Source: Terriglobales bacterium
GTDB lineage: Bacteria; Acidobacteriota; Terriglobia; Terriglobales; Acidobacteriaceae
DNA length: 64,000 nucleotides
Assembly (NCBI GenBank): GCA_035314185.1
Contig: DATFZT010000205.1
Span: 2,820-66,819 of the forward strand
Reading direction: 5' to 3'
This document shows positions 36,070 to 44,906 of the stretch, piece after piece; position 1 is the first letter of the stretch, and each line of letters begins with the position of its first letter. Below the pieces are notes generated by a model. That model was given only the letters and a program-made list of their open reading frames with translations. It did not search any database and was not told where the DNA came from. A program made the translations under genes and the position numbers.

Positions 36070-39000
36070 TTACTGCAATTTCTGGTACTCCGCTTTCGCT
36101 TGCTTCAGAATTGGGATGTCTGGGTCGGCGTCTTTCCAGGCGGCAAAGAAATCCTGGTAGGCGGACTTGGCGGCGGTGGTGTTGCCCTGGAGGGCTTGGG
36201 CGCGCCCCAATCCCAGATGGGAGAGATTGTAGGTAACGTCATTGGGGCTGACACCGCGGTGGTCAAGAATCTTCTGATACTCGGCCGCCGCCTTGGCGCC
36301 GTCTTTCGAGCCCAAGAAGGCCTCGGCGTGAATGTAGTTGACCCAGTAATGCGCGGTGCCGGGTTCGGTGCCGAGTTCGTAGGGGGTGGCGATTTCGAGG
36401 TGCGCGACGGCCTGTGCCGGTTGGTTGTGTTGCAGGTCGCTGCGAGCATGGACGAGAGGGACAAGGACCTTGTTGAGGATGGTGTCGGTGGGATACTCGC
36501 GGACAAGATCTTCGGCAATTTTCTGGCTGCCCGCAAGGTCTCCGGTCTGGGCTAGCACCCACATGACAGCTGCACGAGTGTCGCGGTCTTGGGAGAGAGC
36601 GAGAGCCTGCGAGATTTTCCGGCGAGCTTCCGGGAGGTTGCCCAGTTCGGCCTCGCACTCAGACTGGATAGCGAGAATGATGCCGCTGAATTCCTTGTAA
36701 CCGAGGCGTTGGGAAACACTTTCACTTTGGGCAAAAGCGGCGCGGGCGGGCTGCAACCTGCCCAACGCGCACTCGCTCCGGGCGTAAATAAAGAGGAGGA
36801 TGGGTTCGTCCGGTTTTCCGGCAGCCAGTTCCAGTTCGTGGCGCTCGGCGGCTTCATCGCCACGAATGAAGGCGAGATCGATGAGCGTGAAATGCACCGA
36901 CCGCACCTCCGCGCCCACCTTCTCCGCCACCGCCCGGGCTTCGTCGAAGCGACCGAGGCGTTCGTAGGCGTCGGCGGTGTTTTGATAGGCATAAACGTCT
37001 TTTGGGTCGATGCGCATGGCCTCGCTGGAACTAGCAAGAGCCTTTTCCTGCTGCCCGATGGCCTGGTAGCGCAAGGCGAGATTGTCGCGAGGCGTAGTGT
37101 CGCGCGGGTAGGTTTGCACCCATTGTTCGTAGATCTCGATGGCCTTCTCCAGGTCGCCGGTGACAATGTCGTAGTAATGCGACGAGATATACAGCCTTTC
37201 GCGTTCGCTGGCTCTCTCCTTCAAGTCAAAGGCCTTGGCGATAAAAGTGTCGGCCATCCCTTGCTGCGTCAGATTGTTATAGGCCACGCCCAGCGTGGCA
37301 TTGGCCATGGCGAAGTTGGGATCGAGTTCGACGGCGCGCTTGAGATGGGGAAGGGCCTTGTCATCGTCAAGTCTCTGATGGTCGGCCTGGCCGAGGCTGA
37401 AGGCCTGCAAGGCTTCGAGTGACGAGGTGGTGGCCTGTTCGAGGGGGGTGGCGAACTTCTGCACCGAGCCGATCGATTCGCCGAGCTTGCCGCGCAAGCT
37501 GGAGGCAGCCTGGTCGAGCGACTTGAGGATCTGCTCCTTGCTGTCGGCCTCGATTTCTTCGCGTGCCAACACGTCACCGGTTTGGGCATTCAGCGCGGAG
37601 AGGGTGATGACGTAGTGCGTGCCCAGGCTGGCGATGGAGCCAGTGAGCATGGCCTTGGCGTTTTCGCGCATGCAGATCTCGCGGGCGACGTCATTGGTGA
37701 TGCGGTCGTCGGGCTTACGGCCCATGAAGCGCAGCGCTTCGCGGATGCGGGATTCAGGCATCAGGTTCAGGTAGGGAGATTGCTCGAGTTGGACGGCGAG
37801 CGCCTGCTTCAGCGTTCCATCGAACACGGAATCGCCAGTGGTGTTGACGAAGTCGGCAAGGACGACGGTGTCTTTCTCGGTGAGGGCGGTGGTGCGGCGG
37901 GCGCGGAGGAACACGCCTCCGGCGATGAGGGCCGCGATCACCACCGCGCCGACGAGGGCGGGAATCTTCCAGGATGCCTTCGGGCTCTGTCGCGAACTCT
38001 GTCCTGAACCCTGTCCTGAACTTTGTCCTGAAACCGGCGGCGTTGCGCTCGTACTCGCCGGCGTCACCGTGCCCGACGAACCTGCGGCAAGCGCCGGGAT
38101 AGAGCCGGACGAGATTGCTTGTGCCGCGGGCTTTGATCCTGAGTCGTGCGCTGCCGCGACTGATCCCGAACTTGCGGCAACGGCGCGTCCGGTGTCGGTA
38201 TCGCGCTTCAAGCGCTGCAGGTCGGCGCGGATGTCGGCGGCGTGCTGGTAGCGGAGATTGCGATCTTTTTCGAGCGCCTTGTTGATGACGTCTTCGAGCT
38301 TCTGGGGCAAGTCGGGATTGAGGCGAATCGGGGAAACGGGAGCGCGATCGAGGATGGCCTGAAAAATCAGCGCTGAGGTGTCTCCGCGAAACGGCACCAT
38401 GCCGGTGGCCATTTCATAGAGCACGGCTCCGAAGGAAAACAGGTCGGTGCGGGGATCGAGTTCTTTTCCCTTCGCCTGCTCGGGCGACATGTAGGCGACC
38501 GTGCCAATCGCGGAACCGGGGCTGGTCAGGTGCTCTTCAACCAGCGAGGATTCGACCGTCACACCGGCCGGCTCCGATGGGCGCGTGGCGGGCTGAGTGA
38601 CTTTGGCCAGTCCGAAGTCGAGGATTTTGGCGTGGCCGCGCTTGGTCACAAAAATGTTCGCGGGCTTAATGTCGCGATGAACAATGCCCTGCGTGTGCGC
38701 GGCGTCTAGCGCATCAGCGATTTCGATGCCCAACGAAAACAATGCATCCAGCTCCATGGGACGATTGCCGATGATGTGTTTCAGGGTCGCGCCGTCAAGG
38801 TACTCCATGACGATGAAGGCCTTGCCGTCCTGCTCGCCAATGTCATGAATGGTGCAGATATTTGGATGGTTGAGCGCGGAGGCAGCGCGCGCCTCGCGGC
38901 GGAAGCGTTCGAGGGACTGGCGGTCTCCGGCTACATTTTCGGGAAGGAATTTGAGGGCGACGAAGCGATCGAGGCGAGTGTCTTCGGCTTTGTAGACGAC

Positions 39001-39078
39001 GCCCATGCCGCCGCCGCCTAGCTTTTCGACGATGCGGTAGTGCGAGATAACTTCGCCAACCATTCCGTCTCCCGGCAT
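36070..39078 (-). CDS. Ser/Thr protein kinase with TM segment, periplasmic domain and TPR repeats
   Basis: [26 protein letters not shown] and MSPEQ (Hanks kinase motifs). One TM segment ([18 protein letters not shown]) and a long C-terminal TPR-like region. Confidence 0.9.
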   Translation of the reverse strand: MPGDGMVGEVISHYRIVEKLGGGGMGVVYKAEDTRLDRFVALKFLPENVAGDRQSLERFRREARAASALNHPNICTIHDIGEQDGKAFIVMEYLDGATLKHIIGNRPMELDALFSLGIEIADALDAAHTQGIVHRDIKPANIFVTKRGHAKILDFGLAKVTQPATRPSEPAGVTVESSLVEEHLTSPGSAIGTVAYMSPEQAKGKELDPRTDLFSFGAVLYEMATGMVPFRGDTSALIFQAILDRAPVSPIRLNPDLPQKLEDVINKALEKDRNLRYQHAADIRADLQRLKRDTDTGRAVAASSGSVAAAHDSGSKPAAQAISSGSIPALAAGSSGTVTPASTSATPPVSGQSSGQGSGQSSRQSPKASWKIPALVGAVVIAALIAGGVFLRARRTTALTEKDTVVLADFVNTTGDSVFDGTLKQALAVQLEQSPYLNLMPESRIREALRFMGRKPDDRITNDVAREICMRENAKAMLTGSIASLGTHYVITLSALNAQTGDVLAREEIEADSKEQILKSLDQAASSLRGKLGESIGSVQKFATPLEQATTSSLEALQAFSLGQADHQRLDDDKALPHLKRAVELDPNFAMANATLGVAYNNLTQQGMADTFIAKAFDLKERASERERLYISSHYYDIVTGDLEKAIEIYEQWVQTYPRDTTPRDNLALRYQAIGQQEKALASSSEAMRIDPKDVYAYQNTADAYERLGRFDEARAVAEKVGAEVRSVHFTLIDLAFIRGDEAAERHELELAAGKPDEPILLFIYARSECALGRLQPARAAFAQSESVSQRLGYKEFSGIILAIQSECEAELGNLPEARRKISQALALSQDRDTRAAVMWVLAQTGDLAGSQKIAEDLVREYPTDTILNKVLVPLVHARSDLQHNQPAQAVAHLEIATPYELGTEPGTAHYWVNYIHAEAFLGSKDGAKAAAEYQKILDHRGVSPNDVTYNLSHLGLGRAQALQGNTTAAKSAYQDFFAAWKDADPDIPILKQAKAEYQKLQ

Positions 39079-39193
39079 AGGGCTGAAATCTTACGTTTGG
39101 GGATCGGGCAAGTCAACCGAATGGTGGTGCGCGGACACTACTCGACGATGCAATGGTGCGACCTTGTTCATGCTGTCCAACTTCACACTCTGT

Positions 39194-39628
39194 TCATACT
39201 CTCCAATAGTCGGGACGCCATTGCTGGACTGCTTTTTTGATGTCGGCGGCGGAGAGCTGCTGGTTCAGTGCGCGGGCGGCCAGGGCGGGAAGTTCGGCGT
39301 CGGAGGCGAAGCGCAGAGCGATGAGTTGCGATTCGGTAAATTCCGGGATGCGGGGACGAAGAGCGGGATCGAGCAAGGACGCGAGGCGCAATCTTTCTTC
39401 CAGGCGGATGACGCGGTCCTGTACTTTGAGGGCGTTGAGGCGAATCTTGAAAATGGCGGCTAAGGCCGCGAGCATGACGACGACAAACCATGCGGAATGC
39501 AGTCCTGGGCGTCTGACCAGATGGACAACGGAGGCAATCAGGGTGATGGCAAATACGGGCAGGACAAAAAAATGGAAGGGCGGATCATAACGGGTGTGAT
39601 TGGAGAAATTCTGCGGAGATGCGGCCAT
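39194..39628 (-). CDS. Hypothetical membrane protein
   Basis: 144-aa ORF with two hydrophobic segments (FHFFVLPVFAITLIASVV, AWFVVVMLAALAAIF) and a soluble tail. No family assigned. Confidence 0.5.
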   Translation of the reverse strand: MAASPQNFSNHTRYDPPFHFFVLPVFAITLIASVVHLVRRPGLHSAWFVVVMLAALAAIFKIRLNALKVQDRVIRLEERLRLASLLDPALRPRIPEFTESQLIALRFASDAELPALAARALNQQLSAADIKKAVQQWRPDYWRV

Positions 39629-39738
39629 GGGGAGAGGCTCCTTTTTGATTGAAGATCGAAATGATCATCGCACGTTTGGGGATTGGGGGATGAAGTGTTC
39701 GCGGGACTCGATGCCATGAAGGGTAGCGGCAGTGGAGC

Positions 39739-39802
39739 GGAGGCCGAGCTACGCTCGGCTTGGACGGGCGAGGCGCCCGTCCCCACACTAGCCGTCACCA
39801 CA
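39739..39802. repeat. REP-like hairpin element, family B
   Basis: ggaggccgagctacgctcggcttggacgggcgaggcgcccgtccccacac with stems gccgagc/gctcggc and ggacgggcg/cgcccgtcc. Copies listed below. Confidence 0.85.
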
Positions 39803-39807
39803 CTTGG

Positions 39808-41928
39808 TTATTCGTCTAGGAGGATGCGGATCTTGCGGGTCAGGGCATCGAGCGAGAAGGGCTTTTGCAGGACGGCGGCGGTGTCATCGACGGGGGCGCC
39901 GTCCCAGGTGGAGTGGTCGGGATAGCCCGACATAAAGAGGACCTTCATTTGCGGGCGCGATTGGGCTAGACGATGGGCCAATTCCTGACCACCTAGATTG
40001 GGCATTACGACGTCGGTCAGTAGGAGGTGAATTGGGAGTTCGTACTCGTCCGCAATCTGGAGAGCCTGGTTGCCGTCCTCCGCCCAGAGGACTTTGTAGC
40101 CGCCTTGCTGCAGGAACTCGCAAACTAGATCGCGGATTCCATCCTGGTCTTCCACCAATAGAACAGTCTCGGTTCCGCGGGCGGGAGCGGTCTCTGTTCT
40201 CGAGGCAGGCTCTTTCGACTCGGCCTCATCCGGCTGCGCCTCGGGGAAATATATGTCGAAGGTGGTGCCTTGTTCCAACTTGCTCGACGTTGTGATCCAA
40301 CCGCCGGTTTGCTTCACTACGCCGTAGACGATGGCCAGGCCTAGGCCGGTTCCTTTGCCGGGTTTTTTGGTGGTGAAGAAGGGTTCAAAAATGTGGGCCT
40401 GGGTGTCGCTGTGCATTCCGGTGCCGTTGTCATTCACGGTGAGGACTACATACTTGCCGGGCGGAATGGGGGCATGGCTTCCGGCATGAGGTTCGTGAAG
40501 TTCGACGTTACTGGTCTGGATGGTGAGGCGTCCGCCCTGGGGCATGGCATCACGGGCATTGACGGCGAGGTTCAGGATCACTTGCTCCATTTGACCGGGA
40601 TCGGCCTTGATGCGATGGGGCGAGGTGGCGGGCAGGATATTCAACTCGATGTTGGCGGGAATGAGACGATCCAGCATCTTCGCGACCTCGGTCACGACTG
40701 CACTTAAATCGAGCGTCTTAAGCTGGAGCACCTGCCTGCGACTGAAGGCCAGGAGTTGCTGGGTGAGGGCCGCGGCGCGAGTGACAGCGCGTTCGATTTC
40801 AGCGGCATCCTTGTGCGCGGGATCGTCCGCAGCGAGGCGGCCGCGAAGGCGTTCATTGTGAGCCTGGATCACCATCAGAAGATTGTTGAAGTCGTGGGCT
40901 ACACCGCCCGCCAGGTGGCCCATAGCTTCCAGCTTCTGGGAGTGGCGGAGTTGTTCCTCCAAACGCTTGTGCTCGGTGATGTCGTAGAGCACGCCGTGCA
41001 TCAGGAGTTCGAGGTCGCCGGCCGCCGCCGGCAACATGACGGCCTCGTCCCGGAACCAGATGACACGGCCGTCGCGAGCAAACATGCGGTACTCGGCCTG
41101 GAATAGGTTGTGAGTCTCCTGAATGCGTTTCTCCGCCGCCAGGGCGATTTCACGATCTTCGGGGTGGATGTGGTTCAGCCAATTCATCCGGTTGGAGCGC
41201 CATTCCTCGGGTGAAAAACCAAGGATGGACTTGATTTGAGGGCTTACGTAACGCCAGTGTCCTGCCGCGCCGAGTTCGGCGATGTAGGTGATCGCCGGCA
41301 AGCATTCTACCAACGTGCGATACCGATCTTCCGCCGCCCGAAGCTGGGTCTTGTCTCGATCTCGTTCAATGGCGAGAGCGACGAGATGCGTGGCGTGGGC
41401 AATAATTTGTAGATGTTGAGCGTCCGGGGTACGCGGCTCGCGGTAGTAGATGGCAAAGGTCCCAAGCATGGTGCCATCCTGCGACGGGATGGGGGTTGAC
41501 CAGCAGGCCCGCAAGCCGTGAGCGAGTGCCACCTGGCGATAGTCCGCCCACAAAGGGTCGGTCGCTATATCGGAGACGATGACTGGCTGTTTACGATAAA
41601 CGGCGGTGCCGCACGACCCCGCGCCCGGCCCGATCTGCAACGGGTCGACGGCCTGGCAGTATTCCTGCGGAAGACTGGGAGCAGCCCCACCTCGCAAAGT
41701 CACGCCGTCGGAGTCCAGAAGAAGGACGGAGCACAGCATTCCGGAATTAAGGTGCTCAAGGTCGGCGCACAAAGCGTCCAGTATCTTGGGGAGCGGAGTC
41801 TGGCCCATGATCATGGCCAGTACCCGATCATCGAGCAGTGACAGCGACAGAGCCTGGGCGGCCGCCGCCGGCGTAATGGGCGCTTTCTTAACTCCTTCAG
41901 ACATTGCGGTTCGTTTCCGTCCTTTCAA
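39808..41928 (-). CDS. Hybrid sensor histidine kinase/response regulator (GAF-PAS-HisKA-HATPase-REC)
   Basis: H-box [12 protein letters not shown]-box [11 protein letters not shown]-boxes [14 protein letters not shown], and a C-terminal receiver ([12 protein letters not shown]...[13 protein letters not shown]...MSGY). Confidence 0.9.
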   Translation of the reverse strand: MKGRKRTAMSEGVKKAPITPAAAAQALSLSLLDDRVLAMIMGQTPLPKILDALCADLEHLNSGMLCSVLLLDSDGVTLRGGAAPSLPQEYCQAVDPLQIGPGAGSCGTAVYRKQPVIVSDIATDPLWADYRQVALAHGLRACWSTPIPSQDGTMLGTFAIYYREPRTPDAQHLQIIAHATHLVALAIERDRDKTQLRAAEDRYRTLVECLPAITYIAELGAAGHWRYVSPQIKSILGFSPEEWRSNRMNWLNHIHPEDREIALAAEKRIQETHNLFQAEYRMFARDGRVIWFRDEAVMLPAAAGDLELLMHGVLYDITEHKRLEEQLRHSQKLEAMGHLAGGVAHDFNNLLMVIQAHNERLRGRLAADDPAHKDAAEIERAVTRAAALTQQLLAFSRRQVLQLKTLDLSAVVTEVAKMLDRLIPANIELNILPATSPHRIKADPGQMEQVILNLAVNARDAMPQGGRLTIQTSNVELHEPHAGSHAPIPPGKYVVLTVNDNGTGMHSDTQAHIFEPFFTTKKPGKGTGLGLAIVYGVVKQTGGWITTSSKLEQGTTFDIYFPEAQPDEAESKEPASRTETAPARGTETVLLVEDQDGIRDLVCEFLQQGGYKVLWAEDGNQALQIADEYELPIHLLLTDVVMPNLGGQELAHRLAQSRPQMKVLFMSGYPDHSTWDGAPVDDTAAVLQKPFSLDALTRKIRILLDE

Positions 41929-42112
41929 AGCTTGGCGGGTTTATCAACGGAGGTGGACTTCAGACTTGGACTTCCGACTCAACACACCTTTGTAGAAGTA
42001 TAAAGGGCAAATTGGAGGGATTCCATGCCCCGAGCGGGAAATGGAGCGCAACTTTAGTGTCGAAAGTAACGTAGCCGGTTATGGTCGATGACGCTCACCG
42101 GGCTCGGGCAAT

Positions 42113-42451
42113 TCAAGCATATGATTCGACCGCGGCGTCGTCGTTATCGAAGACTTCGAACAAGTTGAGAACGCCCACCAAGCGCAGGGTTTGGATGGCG
42201 AACTTCGAAGGCTGAACGAGCTTGAGATTCCCCCCACGCTGTTTGGTGGATGCCAGAATGCGCATGACCAGACCGATGGCGCTGGAATCGATCATCGGTA
42301 CCTCGGCGAGATTCAGCACCAGGCGCGTGTCTCCGTTGCGCAGCGCTTCTTCCATGGTTTGGCGCAAACCGTCCACCGCCGGGCCCATGCGCAGGGGCCC
42401 ACGAAGCTGGATCAGTTGTACGGGCCCGCGTTTACGGACATTGATGTCCAC
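42113..42451 (-). CDS. STAS-domain anti-sigma-factor antagonist (SpoIIAA-like)
   Basis: LVLNLAEVPMIDSSAIGLVMRIL with the conserved phosphorylatable Ser context. I chose GTG 42451, preceded by AGGAG; the track start is 42541. Confidence 0.8.
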   Translation of the reverse strand: MDINVRKRGPVQLIQLRGPLRMGPAVDGLRQTMEEALRNGDTRLVLNLAEVPMIDSSAIGLVMRILASTKQRGGNLKLVQPSKFAIQTLRLVGVLNLFEVFDNDDAAVESYA

Positions 42452-42674
42452 ACTTTTCTCCTCGCGTCGCCTGGCAGGGCAATCTGTGGGGGATGTTTCC
42501 AGGACGCGGGTTAGGTTACGGAAAGGAAGCGCATTTTGCAAGCGCGGAGCCCGCCACGGGACGCGCGTCCGACCCCCGCCTTCCTGCTGGGGAAATGCGG
42601 GGACGGTCGGGGGGGGGCACGCAAGTTGAAAAATTCATCCCCAAAGATCGAAAAATTTGCCATAATCATTCACC

Positions 42675-44099
42675 GTGGGAGGGCCCATGCGCAGCGCCGC
42701 CGTCCGAAGTCAGCCTTTGCGATACAGCGTTTTTATCGTCACCACCGATGAACGGGTCAGTCCGGAGGCGGAAACCTTTTTGGCATCCGACTACGACTTA
42801 CGACTCTTCCAGACCTGGGAAGAGCTCATCGGGGCGCTCAAGAAGCAGCCTCCGCAAGCCATACTGCTGGACATCGACACGATCGCGGAGAACACCCATG
42901 ATGGTATTGCCGCGCTGGCCGAGCTGCGCTCGATAGAACCCGACCTGGTGCTGGTGGCTCTGACGCGTTCGAATAGCCGCAGCATTCGCCATAAGGCAAT
43001 CAACGCCACGGTGGACGAGTACTTTGTCGCGCCCATCGACTTCCAGGAAGTACACGTCGTCCTGACCCGGGCGCTGGAGAAGCGGACGGCAGAGATCGAG
43101 TACCGGGCGGAACAGGATAAGGAGGCGGAGCGGCAGTCGTTCCACGAACTGGTCGGCGCCAGTGAGGCCATACGCCTGGTGTATGAGGCAATTACGAAGG
43201 TTGCGCACAGCAACAGCACGGTGCTGCTCCGCGGGGAGAGCGGCACCGGCAAGGAACTTGTGGCCCGGGCGATTGTTGCGGTGGGGCCACGCTCGGAGAA
43301 GCCTTTTATCAGTATCAATTGCGCCGCCCTGCCCGAAAACCTCATCGAGACCGAACTATTCGGGCATGAAAAGGGAGCTTTCACCGATGCTCAAACGGCT
43401 CGGGCGGGGCACATCGAGCTGGCACACACGGGCACGCTTTTTCTGGACGAGATCGGCACCCTCGGTCTGGCGCTGCAGGCCAAGCTGTTGCGGGTGCTGG
43501 AAGACCGGGCAGTGACACGGATTGGGGGCAAGACTCCGAAAAAGATCGACTTTCGGCTTATCACCGCCACCAATGACAATCTGGAAGAATTGGTGCATGC
43601 GGGCCGGTTCCGGGAGGATCTCTATTACCGCATCAACGTGATCCCGATTGCGTTGCCTCCGTTACGCGAGAGGGCGGGAGACATTCCGCTCCTTATCAAT
43701 CACTTCCTGCGACTTTATTCCGAGATTAACCACGTGCCCGCGAAGCAGATGGAGCCCGAGGTGGTCGAGATCCTGGAGGAGTATGCCTGGCCCGGCAATA
43801 TCCGGGAACTGGAGAACCTCGTGCAGCGACTGGTGCTGATGGTGGACGGCCCGGTCATAAGGGCGCAGCACCTGCCGCAGCACATCCTGATGACCACAGC
43901 CACCAGCCAGGAAGCGCTGCTCATTCCTGAAGAGGGCGTAAATTTCGAGGAAGAGATGGCGCGCATCGAGGCGGCGTATGTGCGTGCGGCGCTGCGGCGT
44001 TCGGACGGCAGCAAGGTAGGAGCCGCGCGGCTGCTGCACATCGACAAGCAGAAGATGCACTACCTGTGCCGGAAATACCAGATCGGCAGAGAGGAGTAG
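42675..44099 (+). CDS. Sigma54-dependent transcriptional activator (NtrC/Fis family; REC-AAA+-HTH)
   Basis: Walker A GESGTGKE, sigma54-contact loop GAFTDA, Walker B TLFLDEIG, RFREDLYYRIN, and a C-terminal HTH AARLLHIDKQKMHYLCRKY. Confidence 0.9.
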   Translation: MGGPMRSAAVRSQPLRYSVFIVTTDERVSPEAETFLASDYDLRLFQTWEELIGALKKQPPQAILLDIDTIAENTHDGIAALAELRSIEPDLVLVALTRSNSRSIRHKAINATVDEYFVAPIDFQEVHVVLTRALEKRTAEIEYRAEQDKEAERQSFHELVGASEAIRLVYEAITKVAHSNSTVLLRGESGTGKELVARAIVAVGPRSEKPFISINCAALPENLIETELFGHEKGAFTDAQTARAGHIELAHTGTLFLDEIGTLGLALQAKLLRVLEDRAVTRIGGKTPKKIDFRLITATNDNLEELVHAGRFREDLYYRINVIPIALPPLRERAGDIPLLINHFLRLYSEINHVPAKQMEPEVVEILEEYAWPGNIRELENLVQRLVLMVDGPVIRAQHLPQHILMTTATSQEALLIPEEGVNFEEEMARIEAAYVRAALRRSDGSKVGAARLLHIDKQKMHYLCRKYQIGREE

Positions 44100-44267
44100 A
44101 CCGACGCCAAGATCAAGAGAAAGATTAAGAATTCATGTGTGAGCGGATGAGTTTTTAATCTCTTTGTCGGCGAGTGCTTTCCCAACCGCGAGTAATTCGC
44201 TCGAACCAGAGCCGCAACACTATGAAAAGCCAGCATTTTTGCCTCGTCGCGGAGCGGGCGGCGAGTT

Positions 44268-44283
44268 TGGCACAGGCCGTGCT
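44268..44283 (+). promoter_or_regulatory. Putative sigma54 (-24/-12) promoter
   Basis: TGGCACaggccgTGCT has GG (44269-70) and GC (44281-82) at the exact consensus spacing (TGGCAC-N5-TTGCW). It is 169 nt after the activator stop and 86 nt before ATG 44369. Confidence 0.6.
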
Positions 44284-44368
44284 CTTAGTGATGGCACGTG
44301 GGGCCGAACCCAGGGGAAGTAAAAATTCAGGAGTATCCGCCGCTAAGGCGAGAAAAGGGATCACTACC

Positions 44369-44533
44369 ATGTCAATCCAGAAAAAGTCGTTGATCGGCAG
44401 CCGACCGGCGGAAGCGAAGGCCACAGCGCAACCAGTAAAGGGGACCCTCGGCGAGGCGAAGGCTATCACCGCCACATCGCTGCGCAGGAAGTCTGCGAGA
44501 GGTTTGTCCTTCAGGGCCGCAAAGAAGAAATAG
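44369..44533 (+). CDS. Small cationic peptide, paralogue 1 (54 aa)
   Basis: MSIQKKSLIGSRPAEAKATAQPVKGTLGEAKAITATSLRRKSARGLSFRAAKKK. ATG chosen because the paralogue at 44634 shares the MSIQKKSLI N-terminus. AAGGG lies 9 nt upstream. Confidence 0.5.
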   Translation: MSIQKKSLIGSRPAEAKATAQPVKGTLGEAKAITATSLRRKSARGLSFRAAKKK

Positions 44534-44633
44534 GTGTCAGTGAGGCTACGAGCTTGTCGTAGCTTCTGCAATTATCAAGATCATTCAGAGCGTTCAAATT
44601 TCCAACACGGAACACCAAGAAAGGGTGGCAAGC

Positions 44634-44831
44634 ATGTCGATCCAGAAGAAGTCGTTGATCAGCAACCGAGTTGCGGTAAGAAAGGCCTTGATCGCGAGCC
44701 AGCCAGCCGAAGAAGGCGGCGAGCTGAAAGCAAACTCGCTCACGGCACAGTCCATGAAGAGCAAGAGGGTACTTGCCCACAAGGCGTTCAGAGTCGCTGC
44801 GTTTAAAGTTTCGGCTATGAAGAGAAAGTAA
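44634..44831 (+). CDS. Small cationic peptide, paralogue 2 (65 aa)
   Basis: MSIQKKSLISNRVAVRKALIASQPAEEGGELKANSLTAQSMKSKRVLAHKAFRVAAFKVSAMKRK. AAGGG lies 8 nt upstream. Preceded by the hairpin gctacga/tcgtagc (44545-44563). Confidence 0.5.
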   Translation: MSIQKKSLISNRVAVRKALIASQPAEEGGELKANSLTAQSMKSKRVLAHKAFRVAAFKVSAMKRK

Positions 44832-44906
44832 GACCAAGCAAAATTCGGGCAAGGTGGACGAGGCTGCGACGAACCGCAGCCTCGTCTCATTTCGACCCAG
44901 TCTCGT

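Noticed and set aside
44122-44161. Imperfect inverted repeat agattaa-N26-ttaatct just after the activator stop, considered as an enhancer (UAS) for the sigma54 promoter
   Set aside because: Only 7 bp pair perfectly. It could equally be a weak terminator of the activator gene. It is too weak to call without binding data, so it is mentioned only for follow-up.
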